Shown: positions 8,309 through 15,185 of the stretch, piece by piece
How positions within the stretch are numbered: position 1 is the first letter of the stretch
Layout of the letters: each line of letters begins with the position of its first letter
Made by a program: the position numbers and the translations under genes
Origin: a virus
Reading direction: 5' to 3' (one strand)
Length of the DNA stretch: 36,851 bases
Virus record (IMG/VR): IMGVR_UViG_3300042868_007814
Location: 1 to 36,851 of that record
Notes under the pieces: model-generated
Told to the model about the DNA's origin: nothing
Database searches by the model: none
What the model saw: only the letters and a program-made list of their open reading frames with translations

Positions 8309-8357
8309 TGGTTGACTTTCGTTTTGGTCAAAAAAAACGGACAGTTGAGGCATGAAA

Positions 8358-8531
8358 TCAAGCCGCCTCAATCTCAAGCTCGTGTACAGCCGCCCAGTAG
8401 TCCCGCTCAAAAGCAGCGTGGGCCGCACTCCCGGCTGGGTATGGATTGGAGACATTGACGTTTTGGCCGCGCTCGGCAGCGGCTTGGGCTTGGGCGCGGA
8501 TGGTGTCGCGGGAGACGATGGGCTCGACCAT
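8358..8531 (-). CDS. Small ORF (57 aa, below the ORF-track cutoff) immediately after cro
   Basis: Manual translation MVEPIVSRDTIRAQAQAAAERGQNVNVSNPYPAGSAAHAAFERDYWAAVHELEIEAA. The ATG lies 3 nt after the Cro stop (TAAATCATG), with GGAGC upstream. Confidence 0.45.
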   Translation of the reverse strand: MVEPIVSRDTIRAQAQAAAERGQNVNVSNPYPAGSAAHAAFERDYWAAVHELEIEAA

Positions 8532-8534
8532 GAT

Positions 8535-8762
8535 TTAGGCTCCCTGTCCGCTGGTAGCTTGGGTTGCGCTCTTGGCTTTGACTTTGCGCAGCACTCGCTT
8601 GTGCAGTGCAACAAGCGCTTGTCCTATGGCGTAACTTGGCTGGACAGTGATGCCACGCGCAAGCTCGCTGATAGTTGCCTGCCCACATCCACAATGAGTG
8701 GCGATCTGCACCTGACTAAAGCCGGTGTCTTGAATGTCTTTTATGAGTTGGTTCCAGTTCAT
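8535..8762 (-). CDS. cro: Cro-like HTH repressor
   Basis: 75 aa with HTH FSQVQIATHCGCGQATISELARG. Divergent from the cI-like gene across a 59-bp operator region. Confidence 0.8.
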   Translation of the reverse strand: MNWNQLIKDIQDTGFSQVQIATHCGCGQATISELARGITVQPSYAIGQALVALHKRVLRKVKAKSATQATSGQGA

Positions 8763-8765
8763 GCG

Positions 8766-8821
8766 CCGATATTATCGGCTTACCGTTATTGTGTCAAATT
8801 ATTTTTATCGGCAAGCCGGTA
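8766..8821. promoter_or_regulatory. Immunity-region operators plus a PR-like promoter for cro
   Basis: Sites: CCGATAtTATCGG at 8766-8778, TATCGGcttaCCGTTA at 8773-8788 and TATCGGcaagCCGGTA at 8806-8821. On the minus strand, TTGACA (8797-8792), a 17-nt spacer and TAATAT (8774-8769) end 6 nt before the cro ATG. Confidence 0.6.
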
Positions 8822-9559
8822 ATGGAAAACCCTAACCTTGTGCCCATGCGTACAGAATTTGGACAAAGGCTGTTTGAGGCTAGGACTCATGCGGGATTGA
8901 CACAAACCCAACTTTGCAAAATTGTTGGCATGTCACAAGGAACCTATGGTGAGCTTGAGCGTTCAGGATCGTCTTCGTCATACACCCCCGCAATTGCGAC
9001 AGCCTGCCAGGTAGATGTGAGTTGGCTGGCTTACGGTACAGGCGAAATGCTTAGGCCGAAAGTTAGCAGCTATTCAAACGACACTACACCAGCAGCGCAT
9101 TTTGTGCGCGAGCCTCAATCCATCTATCTAACAAACAACCCAGAATATCCAGCCATCCGGCGCGTTTCAATCAAAGCGCAGGCCGGTGTCAGTGGCTACG
9201 CAGTCGAGTACATGAACGACGATGGCCCGCCCATTGTGTTTCGCAAAGACTGGTACACAACCCATAATTTCCAGCCTGAAAAAATGCTCGCCCTGCGCGT
9301 CGGCGGTGAAAGCATGGTGCCCAACCTATACCCGGATGACCTGATAGTGGCAAATTCAGCGCAAACCGAGCCCAAGGATGGCATTGCCTTTGTGGTGGCC
9401 TACGAAGGCGAAGTGGTTGTTAAGCGCCTGATTCGTGACGCTGGGCAATGGTGGCTAAGTAGTGACAACCAAGACCAGCGGCGCTACCCGCGCAAAGTTT
9501 GCAATGGCGATACGCAGATCATTGGCGAGGTTGTGTATAGGCAGACTGAGCGAATTTAA
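8822..9559 (+). CDS. cI: cI-like repressor: XRE-type HTH plus S24 (LexA-like) autopeptidase domain
   Basis: HTH LTQTQLCKIVGMSQGTYGELE. C-terminal GGESMVP (Ser nucleophile) and VVKRL (Lys). Start uncertain: ATG 8822, ATG 8846, or the track's TTG 8789. Confidence 0.85.
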   Translation: MENPNLVPMRTEFGQRLFEARTHAGLTQTQLCKIVGMSQGTYGELERSGSSSSYTPAIATACQVDVSWLAYGTGEMLRPKVSSYSNDTTPAAHFVREPQSIYLTNNPEYPAIRRVSIKAQAGVSGYAVEYMNDDGPPIVFRKDWYTTHNFQPEKMLALRVGGESMVPNLYPDDLIVANSAQTEPKDGIAFVVAYEGEVVVKRLIRDAGQWWLSSDNQDQRRYPRKVCNGDTQIIGEVVYRQTERI

Positions 9560-9571
9560 ATGGGGGTATGA

Positions 9572-9790
9572 ATGAAAAAGGAATTGTTTCTAATCGCGTG
9601 GCGGATTGTCATGCTGGCTTCTGTTTTGTGGATCGGGGTAACACTTGCCAACATTGAGCGCAACATGTACCAAGGGCCGACCGGGGCCGACTCTGATGTG
9701 CAGGCTTTGGCCAGGATTGAGAAGGCTATAGAAGGAATGAACGAAACCCTTCAAGATATTGCAAAGTTCGGCGCAGGGTGGCGGCGCTGA
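9572..9790 (+). CDS. Small N-terminally anchored membrane protein (72 aa)
   Basis: GGGGGT RBS. TM segment LFLIAWRIVMLASVLWIGVTL. Lies directly downstream of cI. Confidence 0.55.
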   Translation: MKKELFLIAWRIVMLASVLWIGVTLANIERNMYQGPTGADSDVQALARIEKAIEGMNETLQDIAKFGAGWRR

Positions 9791-10248
9791 TGCTACGCGC
9801 TATTATTTTAATAGCTGCATGCTCAATATCCACGGCGACACTAGCCCAACAATGCCAAGTTTTTGCAGTGTCAGACGGCGACACCATCAAAGTGCGCTGC
9901 GGCGAGGGTGACCAGCTCACAATCCGGCTATCCGGCATAGATGCGCCAGAGAAGGCCCAGCCCTACGGTCAGCGCAGCAAAGAGGCTCTAAGCGCCCTGT
10001 GCTACCAAGTGCAGGCTACCATCACCCCAAAGACCAAAGACCGCTATGGGCGCACCGTGGCAGATGTGGAGTGCCGGGGTAAAGATGCTGGGGCCGAGCA
10101 AGTGCGCACCGGCATGGCTTGGGTCTATGTGAAGTACGCCAAGGGCTACGAAGCGCTTTACCCGCTGCAAGATGCGGCCAAAGCTGCCAAGCTGGGGCTA
10201 TGGGCAGACCCAGCGCCCGAGCCGCCGTGGGAGTGGCGGCATAGGTAA
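9790..10248 (+). CDS. Secreted or lipoprotein staphylococcal-nuclease (SNase/thermonuclease) homologue
   Basis: DGDTIKV...IRLSGIDAPEKAQPYG...DRYGRTVADV...GMAWVY is the SNase-fold signature. N-terminal MLRAIILIAACSISTATLAQQ is signal-like (possible lipobox IAAC). The ATG at 9790 overlaps the upstream stop (TGATG); the track start at 9778 is GTG. Confidence 0.8.
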   Translation: MLRAIILIAACSISTATLAQQCQVFAVSDGDTIKVRCGEGDQLTIRLSGIDAPEKAQPYGQRSKEALSALCYQVQATITPKTKDRYGRTVADVECRGKDAGAEQVRTGMAWVYVKYAKGYEALYPLQDAAKAAKLGLWADPAPEPPWEWRHR

Positions 10249-10267
10249 AAAGTAGCATTGCAATACA

Positions 10268-11146
10268 ATGCAACGCATGGACAGAGAGCTTCAAATCGAA
10301 TCAGTCGAAGGTGAGATTGCCTTGGTCATTGCGTACCAACCCGGCAAAAGTGAAGCCTTGGGCGTTTTGGCTGGAGCCATGCGCTTGATTGAATCGCTCG
10401 ACAAGCTAGACCGGTGTTTACTCTCCAGCGTGGACAGCAATTTAGAGCCCGTCTCTATTTTGAATGACGTACAGCACTCAAGCCTTAAAGTGCTACTGGC
10501 CCGCGCCTTGCGCAAAGTCCCTGACGAACATTTGGCATCTTTGGATTGGAAAAAGTGGCTTGGGGCCTTGCTCGTTAAGGGCAAGCATAAGTTGCTTCAA
10601 AATGTTGATGCAGACGCGCCAGAGCTGCGCCAAAAACTCTCAGAGCTTGAAGCTGATTACAAAGCTGCCCCGGGCGGATTGATCGGCTACACCCCACCAA
10701 CAGTGTCAGACGTGCAAGAAGCGTTAGATGGAGTTGCGAAAGCCAGAGCTTCACTACCAGGCCAGCGCGTAACTGTGCAAACCGAATATGGCGACATTGA
10801 GCTGGTGGAGGTTGTCTCGTCACAGCCTGCAGAGATTGACGGACCCCAGCAAACCATCACTAATTCGGGGGTCGAGTTTTTCAAAGTAAAGGCCCCGGAC
10901 ATGCTTGGCGCGGCCCAATGGCAAGTTTTACGCAATGGCAGAACTGTCAGAGTAGACATGCTTCACCACAAGTGGATTGAGGCGTACCATGCACGGCAAT
11001 TCAGCATTCTTCCAGGCGACAGCCTTAAATGCCAGTTTGAGGAAAGCGTGACCTATGATGCCGCCGGGAACGAGCTAGAGCGCGCCCTATCTGTGATTGA
11101 GGTGCTGGAAGTTATCAGCCCGCCAGTACAACACAACTTGTTGTAA
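10268..11146 (+). CDS. Unknown 292-aa protein, last gene of the cI operon
   Basis: Long clean ORF with no family recognised. No signal peptide or TM segment. Followed by a strong terminator. The region is visibly AT-richer than the rest of the genome. Confidence 0.7.
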   Translation: MQRMDRELQIESVEGEIALVIAYQPGKSEALGVLAGAMRLIESLDKLDRCLLSSVDSNLEPVSILNDVQHSSLKVLLARALRKVPDEHLASLDWKKWLGALLVKGKHKLLQNVDADAPELRQKLSELEADYKAAPGGLIGYTPPTVSDVQEALDGVAKARASLPGQRVTVQTEYGDIELVEVVSSQPAEIDGPQQTITNSGVEFFKVKAPDMLGAAQWQVLRNGRTVRVDMLHHKWIEAYHARQFSILPGDSLKCQFEESVTYDAAGNELERALSVIEVLEVISPPVQHNLL

Positions 11147-11164
11147 TTCTTGCCCCCCCCACCA

Positions 11165-11187
11165 ACCCGCCCCGGCGGGTTTTTTTA
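11165..11187 (+). terminator. Rho-independent terminator ending the cI operon
   Basis: ACCCGC-CCCG-GCGGGT hairpin followed by T7. Confidence 0.8.
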
Positions 11188-11278
11188 CGCCCGCAAGCTG
11201 CCTCGACTTTCGTCGGCGAAACTTTTGCAGCAAAAGTTCTAGGTATTAACCCTTAAACCGATAAATATTTTGCTTTTA

Positions 11279-11320
11279 TATCGGCAAACCGTTGACAACA
11301 GATAACGGCACACCGATAAT
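11279..11320 (+). promoter_or_regulatory. PL-like early promoter with two operators
   Basis: TTGACA (11292-11297), a 17-nt spacer and GATAAT (11315-11320). Operators TATCGGcaaaCCGTTG (11279-11294) and TAACGGcacaCCGATA (11303-11318) overlap the -35 and -10 elements. The half-site is the same as in the cI/cro region. Confidence 0.6.
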
Positions 11321-11356
11321 TCACCCATCACAGCAAAACGCTGAATGGAGTGAAAG

Positions 11357-11659
11357 ATGCAAGCAGCAGTAAACGTAATCCGCACCGCCAAAGACATATC
11401 CCTAGCCGATGTGCAAATGGTAGTCGCAGCACTGTACAGCGCTGTGAAAGAGTCAAGCGGTAGCCACCTACAGCCACAGCAAGTAGTGCTGGACAGCTTG
11501 GCAGACATATCAAATTGGCTGCAAGACAAGCTAACAGAGCAAGAGCAGCAATCAGCGCTTGAAATGGCTGAGTGGCAAAAAAGCAGGCTTGCAAAGGCTT
11601 GGGGATTTGGAGAATCTTTGCAAGCATTGCAAGGACTGACAGTGCGGGGTGCAGCATGA
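11357..11659 (+). CDS. Hypothetical early protein (100 aa)
   Basis: GGAG lies 6 nt upstream of the ATG. It is the first gene after the PL-like promoter. Confidence 0.55.
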   Translation: MQAAVNVIRTAKDISLADVQMVVAALYSAVKESSGSHLQPQQVVLDSLADISNWLQDKLTEQEQQSALEMAEWQKSRLAKAWGFGESLQALQGLTVRGAA

Positions 11660-11901
11660 AGGCACTACACCCACTTTACGCAGTCGCTGTAGTGGCCATG
11701 GGTTTTGCGCTTGCATCAAACCCCGAAGAGCAGCCCACAACAGCCACCCTAGACGGTATTGCAGCAACTAAAGCTGAGTTGCGTACCGACGCAGGAAAAC
11801 AACGCGCTTGTGGGCCGAATGCGAGCTGGAGAGAGATTGACGAAACCACTATCCAGTGCGTGACAAAGAAGAACAAACCAACTATCCGGGTGTCCCTATG
11901 A
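11656..11901 (+). CDS. Small protein with an N-terminal hydrophobic or signal-like segment (81 aa)
   Basis: The ATG at 11656 forms an ATGA overlap with the upstream stop. MKALHPLYAVAVVAMGFALASNP... Confidence 0.45.
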   Translation: MKALHPLYAVAVVAMGFALASNPEEQPTTATLDGIAATKAELRTDAGKQRACGPNASWREIDETTIQCVTKKNKPTIRVSL

Positions 11902-12053
11902 ACGTCGAATTATTTGAACCAGAAGGCGAGCGTTTTGAGCCTAGCTGCACGCTCTCTGAAATTCTCCAGCCAATGGTGCCAGCGATTTCATTTGCGCTTG
12001 GCATGTGCGTAGGCGGCGCTCTGGTGCTGCTTTACCTGTCAACAAAAGTATGA
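11898..12053 (+). CDS. Small C-terminally anchored membrane peptide (51 aa)
   Basis: ATGA overlap at 11898. C-terminal TM segment PAISFALGMCVGGALVLLYL. Confidence 0.4.
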   Translation: MNVELFEPEGERFEPSCTLSEILQPMVPAISFALGMCVGGALVLLYLSTKV

Positions 12054-12142
12054 CCCAAGCAATCGCCTTGGCCGTCTTGGTGGTGATCGCGGTACTCGCT
12101 GTCACGGCCTTTGCGGACTGGGTATTTTTTAACAACAACTGA
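12050..12142 (+). CDS. Hydrophobic micro-ORF (30 aa)
   Basis: ATGA overlap at 12050. Manual translation MTQAIALAVLVVIAVLAVTAFADWVFFNNN. Ends 9 nt before recT. Confidence 0.3.
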   Translation: MTQAIALAVLVVIAVLAVTAFADWVFFNNN

Positions 12143-12151
12143 AAGAACGAT

Positions 12152-13060
12152 ATGAGCAATGTAGCCACCCTTCCCCAAGCCAAACCCAGCTTTGACTTGT
12201 CCCCGCAGACCTTTGACCAGGCGCTGACGTTCAGCAAGTACCTGTCCGACAGTGACATGGTGCCCAAGGATTTCAAAGGCAAGCCCGGTAACTGCCTGAT
12301 TGCCATCCAATGGGGTGCTGAAATCGGTTTGAAGCCACTGCAAGCCCTGCAAAACCTTGCAATCATCAATGGCCGCCCAGCCCTTTGGGGTGATGCCGTT
12401 ATCGCTCTGGTGCGCAGCTCCAGCGCCTGCGAATACGTGATCGAGACACAGACTGCAACCGAGGCCACTTGCAAGGTGAAGCGCCGGGGTGAGCCCGAGC
12501 AGTCGCGTACTTTCAGCATGGCTGACGCTCAGGCCGCAGGGCTCAAGGGCAAGCAAGGCCCCTGGACGCAGTACCCCAAACGCATGATGCAGATGCGCGC
12601 CCGCGCCTTTGCGCTGCGTGACGTTTTCCCCGATGTGCTGCGCGGCCTGCCGGTGGCCGAGGAAATCATGGATTTACCCAAAGACATGGGCACAGTCGAG
12701 CCCGCGAGTAGTCCAGCCGCACCAGATGCATTGCTCGCCAGCGCTGAAACCGCCGCCGCGCTGGGCGTGAAGGAATATCAAACGTTTTGGGGTGGTGCCA
12801 CTAAGGATGATCGCAAGGCACTTGCTGCCCACCACGAACGCCTCAAAGAGGCGGCCATAGCTGCTGACAAAGCCCGCACGGTAGACACGCCACCTGCCGC
12901 CAAGACCTTTGATGAAGTCATGGCCATGCTGTGCGCGGCCACCAACATCGACCAGCTCTATGTGGCCGGGGAATGGATCACCGCCATGGAAAACCCAGTA
13001 GACCAAGGCGTACTGTCGGCCAAGTTTGAAGAACTCAAAGTTGTCTTGGGGGCCGAATGA
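12152..13060 (+). CDS. recT: RecT-family single-strand annealing protein
   Basis: 302 aa. The LIAIQWGAEIGLKPLQALQNLAIINGRPALWGD...MMQMRARAFALRD pattern is RecT-like. Paired with a YqaJ exonuclease through an ATGA overlap. Confidence 0.8.
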   Translation: MSNVATLPQAKPSFDLSPQTFDQALTFSKYLSDSDMVPKDFKGKPGNCLIAIQWGAEIGLKPLQALQNLAIINGRPALWGDAVIALVRSSSACEYVIETQTATEATCKVKRRGEPEQSRTFSMADAQAAGLKGKQGPWTQYPKRMMQMRARAFALRDVFPDVLRGLPVAEEIMDLPKDMGTVEPASSPAAPDALLASAETAAALGVKEYQTFWGGATKDDRKALAAHHERLKEAAIAADKARTVDTPPAAKTFDEVMAMLCAATNIDQLYVAGEWITAMENPVDQGVLSAKFEELKVVLGAE

Positions 13061-13857
13061 TCATCATAAATTGCGACCAAGGCTCACCAGAGTGGCACCA
13101 AGCTCGCGCCGGGTGCATCACGGCCAGCATGTTCAAAGTGGCTCGCCAGCGTGTGGGAATGCTCACCGAGCAGCAGCAGGCTTACGTCACAGCTATTCGC
13201 TCTGGAGCTGATGAAAAGGCTGCCATGCTGGCCGCTGGGTACAAGGCCAAGCCGCGCGCGGAGGTGATAGACAAGGCCATTGCCGGTGAGCCGGTTGGCG
13301 ATTGGTCTGACGCTGCCAAGAACTACGCCTTTCGCCTAGCCGTGGAGCGCATCAGCGGCACACCCCTAGACGAAGGTTTCCAGACATGGCAAATGAAACG
13401 CGGCCACGAACTGGAGCCCGAGGCCCGCCGCCGCCATGAGGAAGAGGCAGGTGTGATTGTCCAGCGCGCCGGGTTTGTCACCACAGATGACGGCTTGTTT
13501 GGCGGCTCTGCTGACGGCCTGATTGGTGACGACAGCGGCTCCGAATACAAGTGCCTTGTGTCACCCGAAGGACTGCGCGATGTGCTGCTGAATGCGGACA
13601 TTAGCGAATTCGTTGACCAGGTGCAGGGCTGCATGTGGCTAACCGCGCGCAAATCTTGGCATTTTGGTTTGTACTGCCCTGCCCTAGCCGCCGTTGGCTC
13701 TGATTTCACTTGGCGCGAAGTCCAGCGCGACGACGACTACATAGAAGCGCTGGAAGCTGATCTTGTGCAGTTCTCTGCGCTTGTGAATGACTACCAGGCC
13801 AAGCTATCGCGGTTCAACCAAAGCAGCAATGCCACTCAGTTGCTGCAAGCCGCCTAA
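13057..13857 (+). CDS. YqaJ-type (lambda Exo-like) recombination exonuclease
   Basis: N-terminal QGSPEWHQARAGCITASMF is the YqaJ signature. Confidence 0.85.
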   Translation: MIIINCDQGSPEWHQARAGCITASMFKVARQRVGMLTEQQQAYVTAIRSGADEKAAMLAAGYKAKPRAEVIDKAIAGEPVGDWSDAAKNYAFRLAVERISGTPLDEGFQTWQMKRGHELEPEARRRHEEEAGVIVQRAGFVTTDDGLFGGSADGLIGDDSGSEYKCLVSPEGLRDVLLNADISEFVDQVQGCMWLTARKSWHFGLYCPALAAVGSDFTWREVQRDDDYIEALEADLVQFSALVNDYQAKLSRFNQSSNATQLLQAA

Positions 13858-13891
13858 CCCATCACCCACCCCGCAACCCTGAAAGCAACCC

Positions 13892-14293
13892 ATGACCACA
13901 GAAACCACTATCGAGTCCATCCAGTTCACCAACCTACCAGCCCTTGGCGCTGAGTTCGAAGGCGGCAAATTCGCCGGAATTACCACCCAAAAGGATGGAA
14001 CCCATGTCGCCGTAATCTTGCTGCCAAACAAAGCGCAGGAACTGATTTGGAAGAAGGCTATGAACTGGGCTGAAAAGCTCAAAGCCGAACTCCCAAGCCG
14101 CCCCGTTGCCGCCCTTTTGTTTGCCAACGTCAAGAGCGAACTTGATCCCAAATGGCACTGGACCAACGAAACGCACCAGGACGATTCCTCTTCCGCCTGG
14201 GGTTGCTACTTCCACGACGGCCACCAGTACGACTACCACAAGAGCTACGACGGCTGTGCCGTCGTTGTCCGCTTGATTCCCCTCACCGCTTAA
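13892..14293 (+). CDS. DGR target protein 1 (133 aa), DUF1566/C-type-lectin-like, with VR1 at its C-terminus
   Basis: The C-terminus WHWTNETHQDDSSSAWGCYFHDGHQYDYHKSYDGCAVVVR aligns to the TR codon by codon. No signal peptide. Confidence 0.85.
   Translation: MTTETTIESIQFTNLPALGAEFEGGKFAGITTQKDGTHVAVILLPNKAQELIWKKAMNWAEKLKAELPSRPVAALLFANVKSELDPKWHWTNETHQDDSSSAWGCYFHDGHQYDYHKSYDGCAVVVRLIPLTA
14186..14272 (+). repeat. DGR variable repeat VR1 (87 bp)
   Basis: 77/87 identical to TR 15358-15444. All 10 differences lie at TR adenines. Confidence 0.9.
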
Positions 14294-14327
14294 TCCTTCA
14301 ATCCTTTCAACTCCACAGGAGCCAACC

Positions 14328-14786
14328 ATGACCGCAATAACCCTTGAAGCCATAGAGGCCAAACAAACCGAGCTGAGCAAGTTGATTGCCCAGTTCAAGG
14401 CAGAAGCCAATAAGCCCATCGTTTTGACGTTGAACGAAATCAGCATCGAACTGCGCCCCGGCGAGCACTACGCAGGCCCGGTGATCGATGAATCTGGCCG
14501 TATCACCCACCACCTGGTGCTGATGGCCCAGCGCCCCGCTGGCAAGCTGGAATGGCAAGCCGCCATGGACTGGGCCGAAGATGTAGGCGGCTCCCTGCCC
14601 AGCCGTCAAGAGCAGGCACTGCTCTTTGCAAACTGCAAGCCGCACCTCAAACCTGAGTGGCACTGGTCGAACCAAACCCATGAAAGCGATTCCTCTTACG
14701 CCTGGGATTGCCACTTCGGCGACGGCGACCAGAGCACCGGCCCCAAGAGCTACGACGGCTGTGCCGTCGTTGTCCGCAGAGTTTGA
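14328..14786 (+). CDS. DGR target protein 2 (152 aa), paralogue of target 1, with VR2 at its C-terminus
   Basis: AGGAG RBS. The C-terminus WHWSNQTHESDSSYAWDCHFGDGDQSTGPKSYDGCAVVVR aligns to the TR. No signal peptide. Confidence 0.85.
   Translation: MTAITLEAIEAKQTELSKLIAQFKAEANKPIVLTLNEISIELRPGEHYAGPVIDESGRITHHLVLMAQRPAGKLEWQAAMDWAEDVGGSLPSRQEQALLFANCKPHLKPEWHWSNQTHESDSSYAWDCHFGDGDQSTGPKSYDGCAVVVRRV
14691..14777 (+). repeat. DGR variable repeat VR2 (87 bp)
   Basis: 76/87 identical to the TR. All 11 differences lie at TR adenines. Confidence 0.9.
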
Positions 14787-14822
14787 TTCTTCAATCCTTT
14801 AATCCTTTGATCTGAGCCACCC

Positions 14823-15185
14823 ATGGCCCTTCACACCGACCTCCCGATCTACCGCACAGGGGTGCGCCTGCTTGGCCTCGCCGTTAAAGCTCAGGTGCAA
14901 ATGCCGCGCACCGTAAAACGTGCCCTGGGCGAAAAGATCACCCAGCACTGCGTTGACATGCTAGACCTGATGGCCTTGGCCAATGCCACCCAGCGCGACA
15001 TACGTTCCGGACACATTGACCAGCTGCTGACCAAGCAGCGCGCTATCACCGTGCTTTTGCGGGTTAGCCACGACAGCCGGTATATCTCGCCTAAGCTATG
15101 GGCAGATTCCATTGAGCTGCTGGGCAGTGTCGGCAAGCAGGCCGGTGGCTGGATCAAAAACGCCAACAGGGCGCCTGCCGTATGA
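14823..15185 (+). CDS. avd: Accessory variability determinant (Avd-like four-helix-bundle protein)
   Basis: 120 aa, basic and helical. The C-terminus ELLGSVGKQAGGWIKNANR parallels the Bordetella phage BPP-1 Avd C-terminus. It occupies the canonical position between the target genes and the TR. Confidence 0.75.
   Translation: MALHTDLPIYRTGVRLLGLAVKAQVQMPRTVKRALGEKITQHCVDMLDLMALANATQRDIRSGHIDQLLTKQRAITVLLRVSHDSRYISPKLWADSIELLGSVGKQAGGWIKNANRAPAV

Noticed and set aside
8330-8337. A8 run (T8 on the minus strand) after the small ORF downstream of cro, considered as a tR1-like terminator
   Set aside because: No convincing GC-rich stem lies immediately upstream of the U-tract. The nearest stem, GAGGC...GCCTC, has a 13-nt loop and ends 9 nt away.
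8309-8614. N-terminal extension of ORF 7931..8614, and the 95-aa ORF 8407..8694
   Set aside because: Both are Pro/Ser/Arg/His-rich and overlap cro and the better-supported 57-aa ORF 8358..8531.
11941-12556. Two overlapping minus-strand ORFs (192 and 174 aa) antisense to recT
   Set aside because: They are antisense artefacts of a high-GC gene, with no start context and no recognisable motifs.
13934-14446. 170-aa minus-strand ORF spanning VR1 and the target-gene junction
   Set aside because: It is the antisense of the two DGR target genes. Its Val-rich run is simply the reverse complement of the AAC/GAC-rich VR.
14292-14808. Tandem AATCCTT(T) units checked as a possible CRISPR array or satellite
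   Set aside because: There are only two adjacent units at each of two loci, with no spacers and no array. They are better explained as VR-flank elements.
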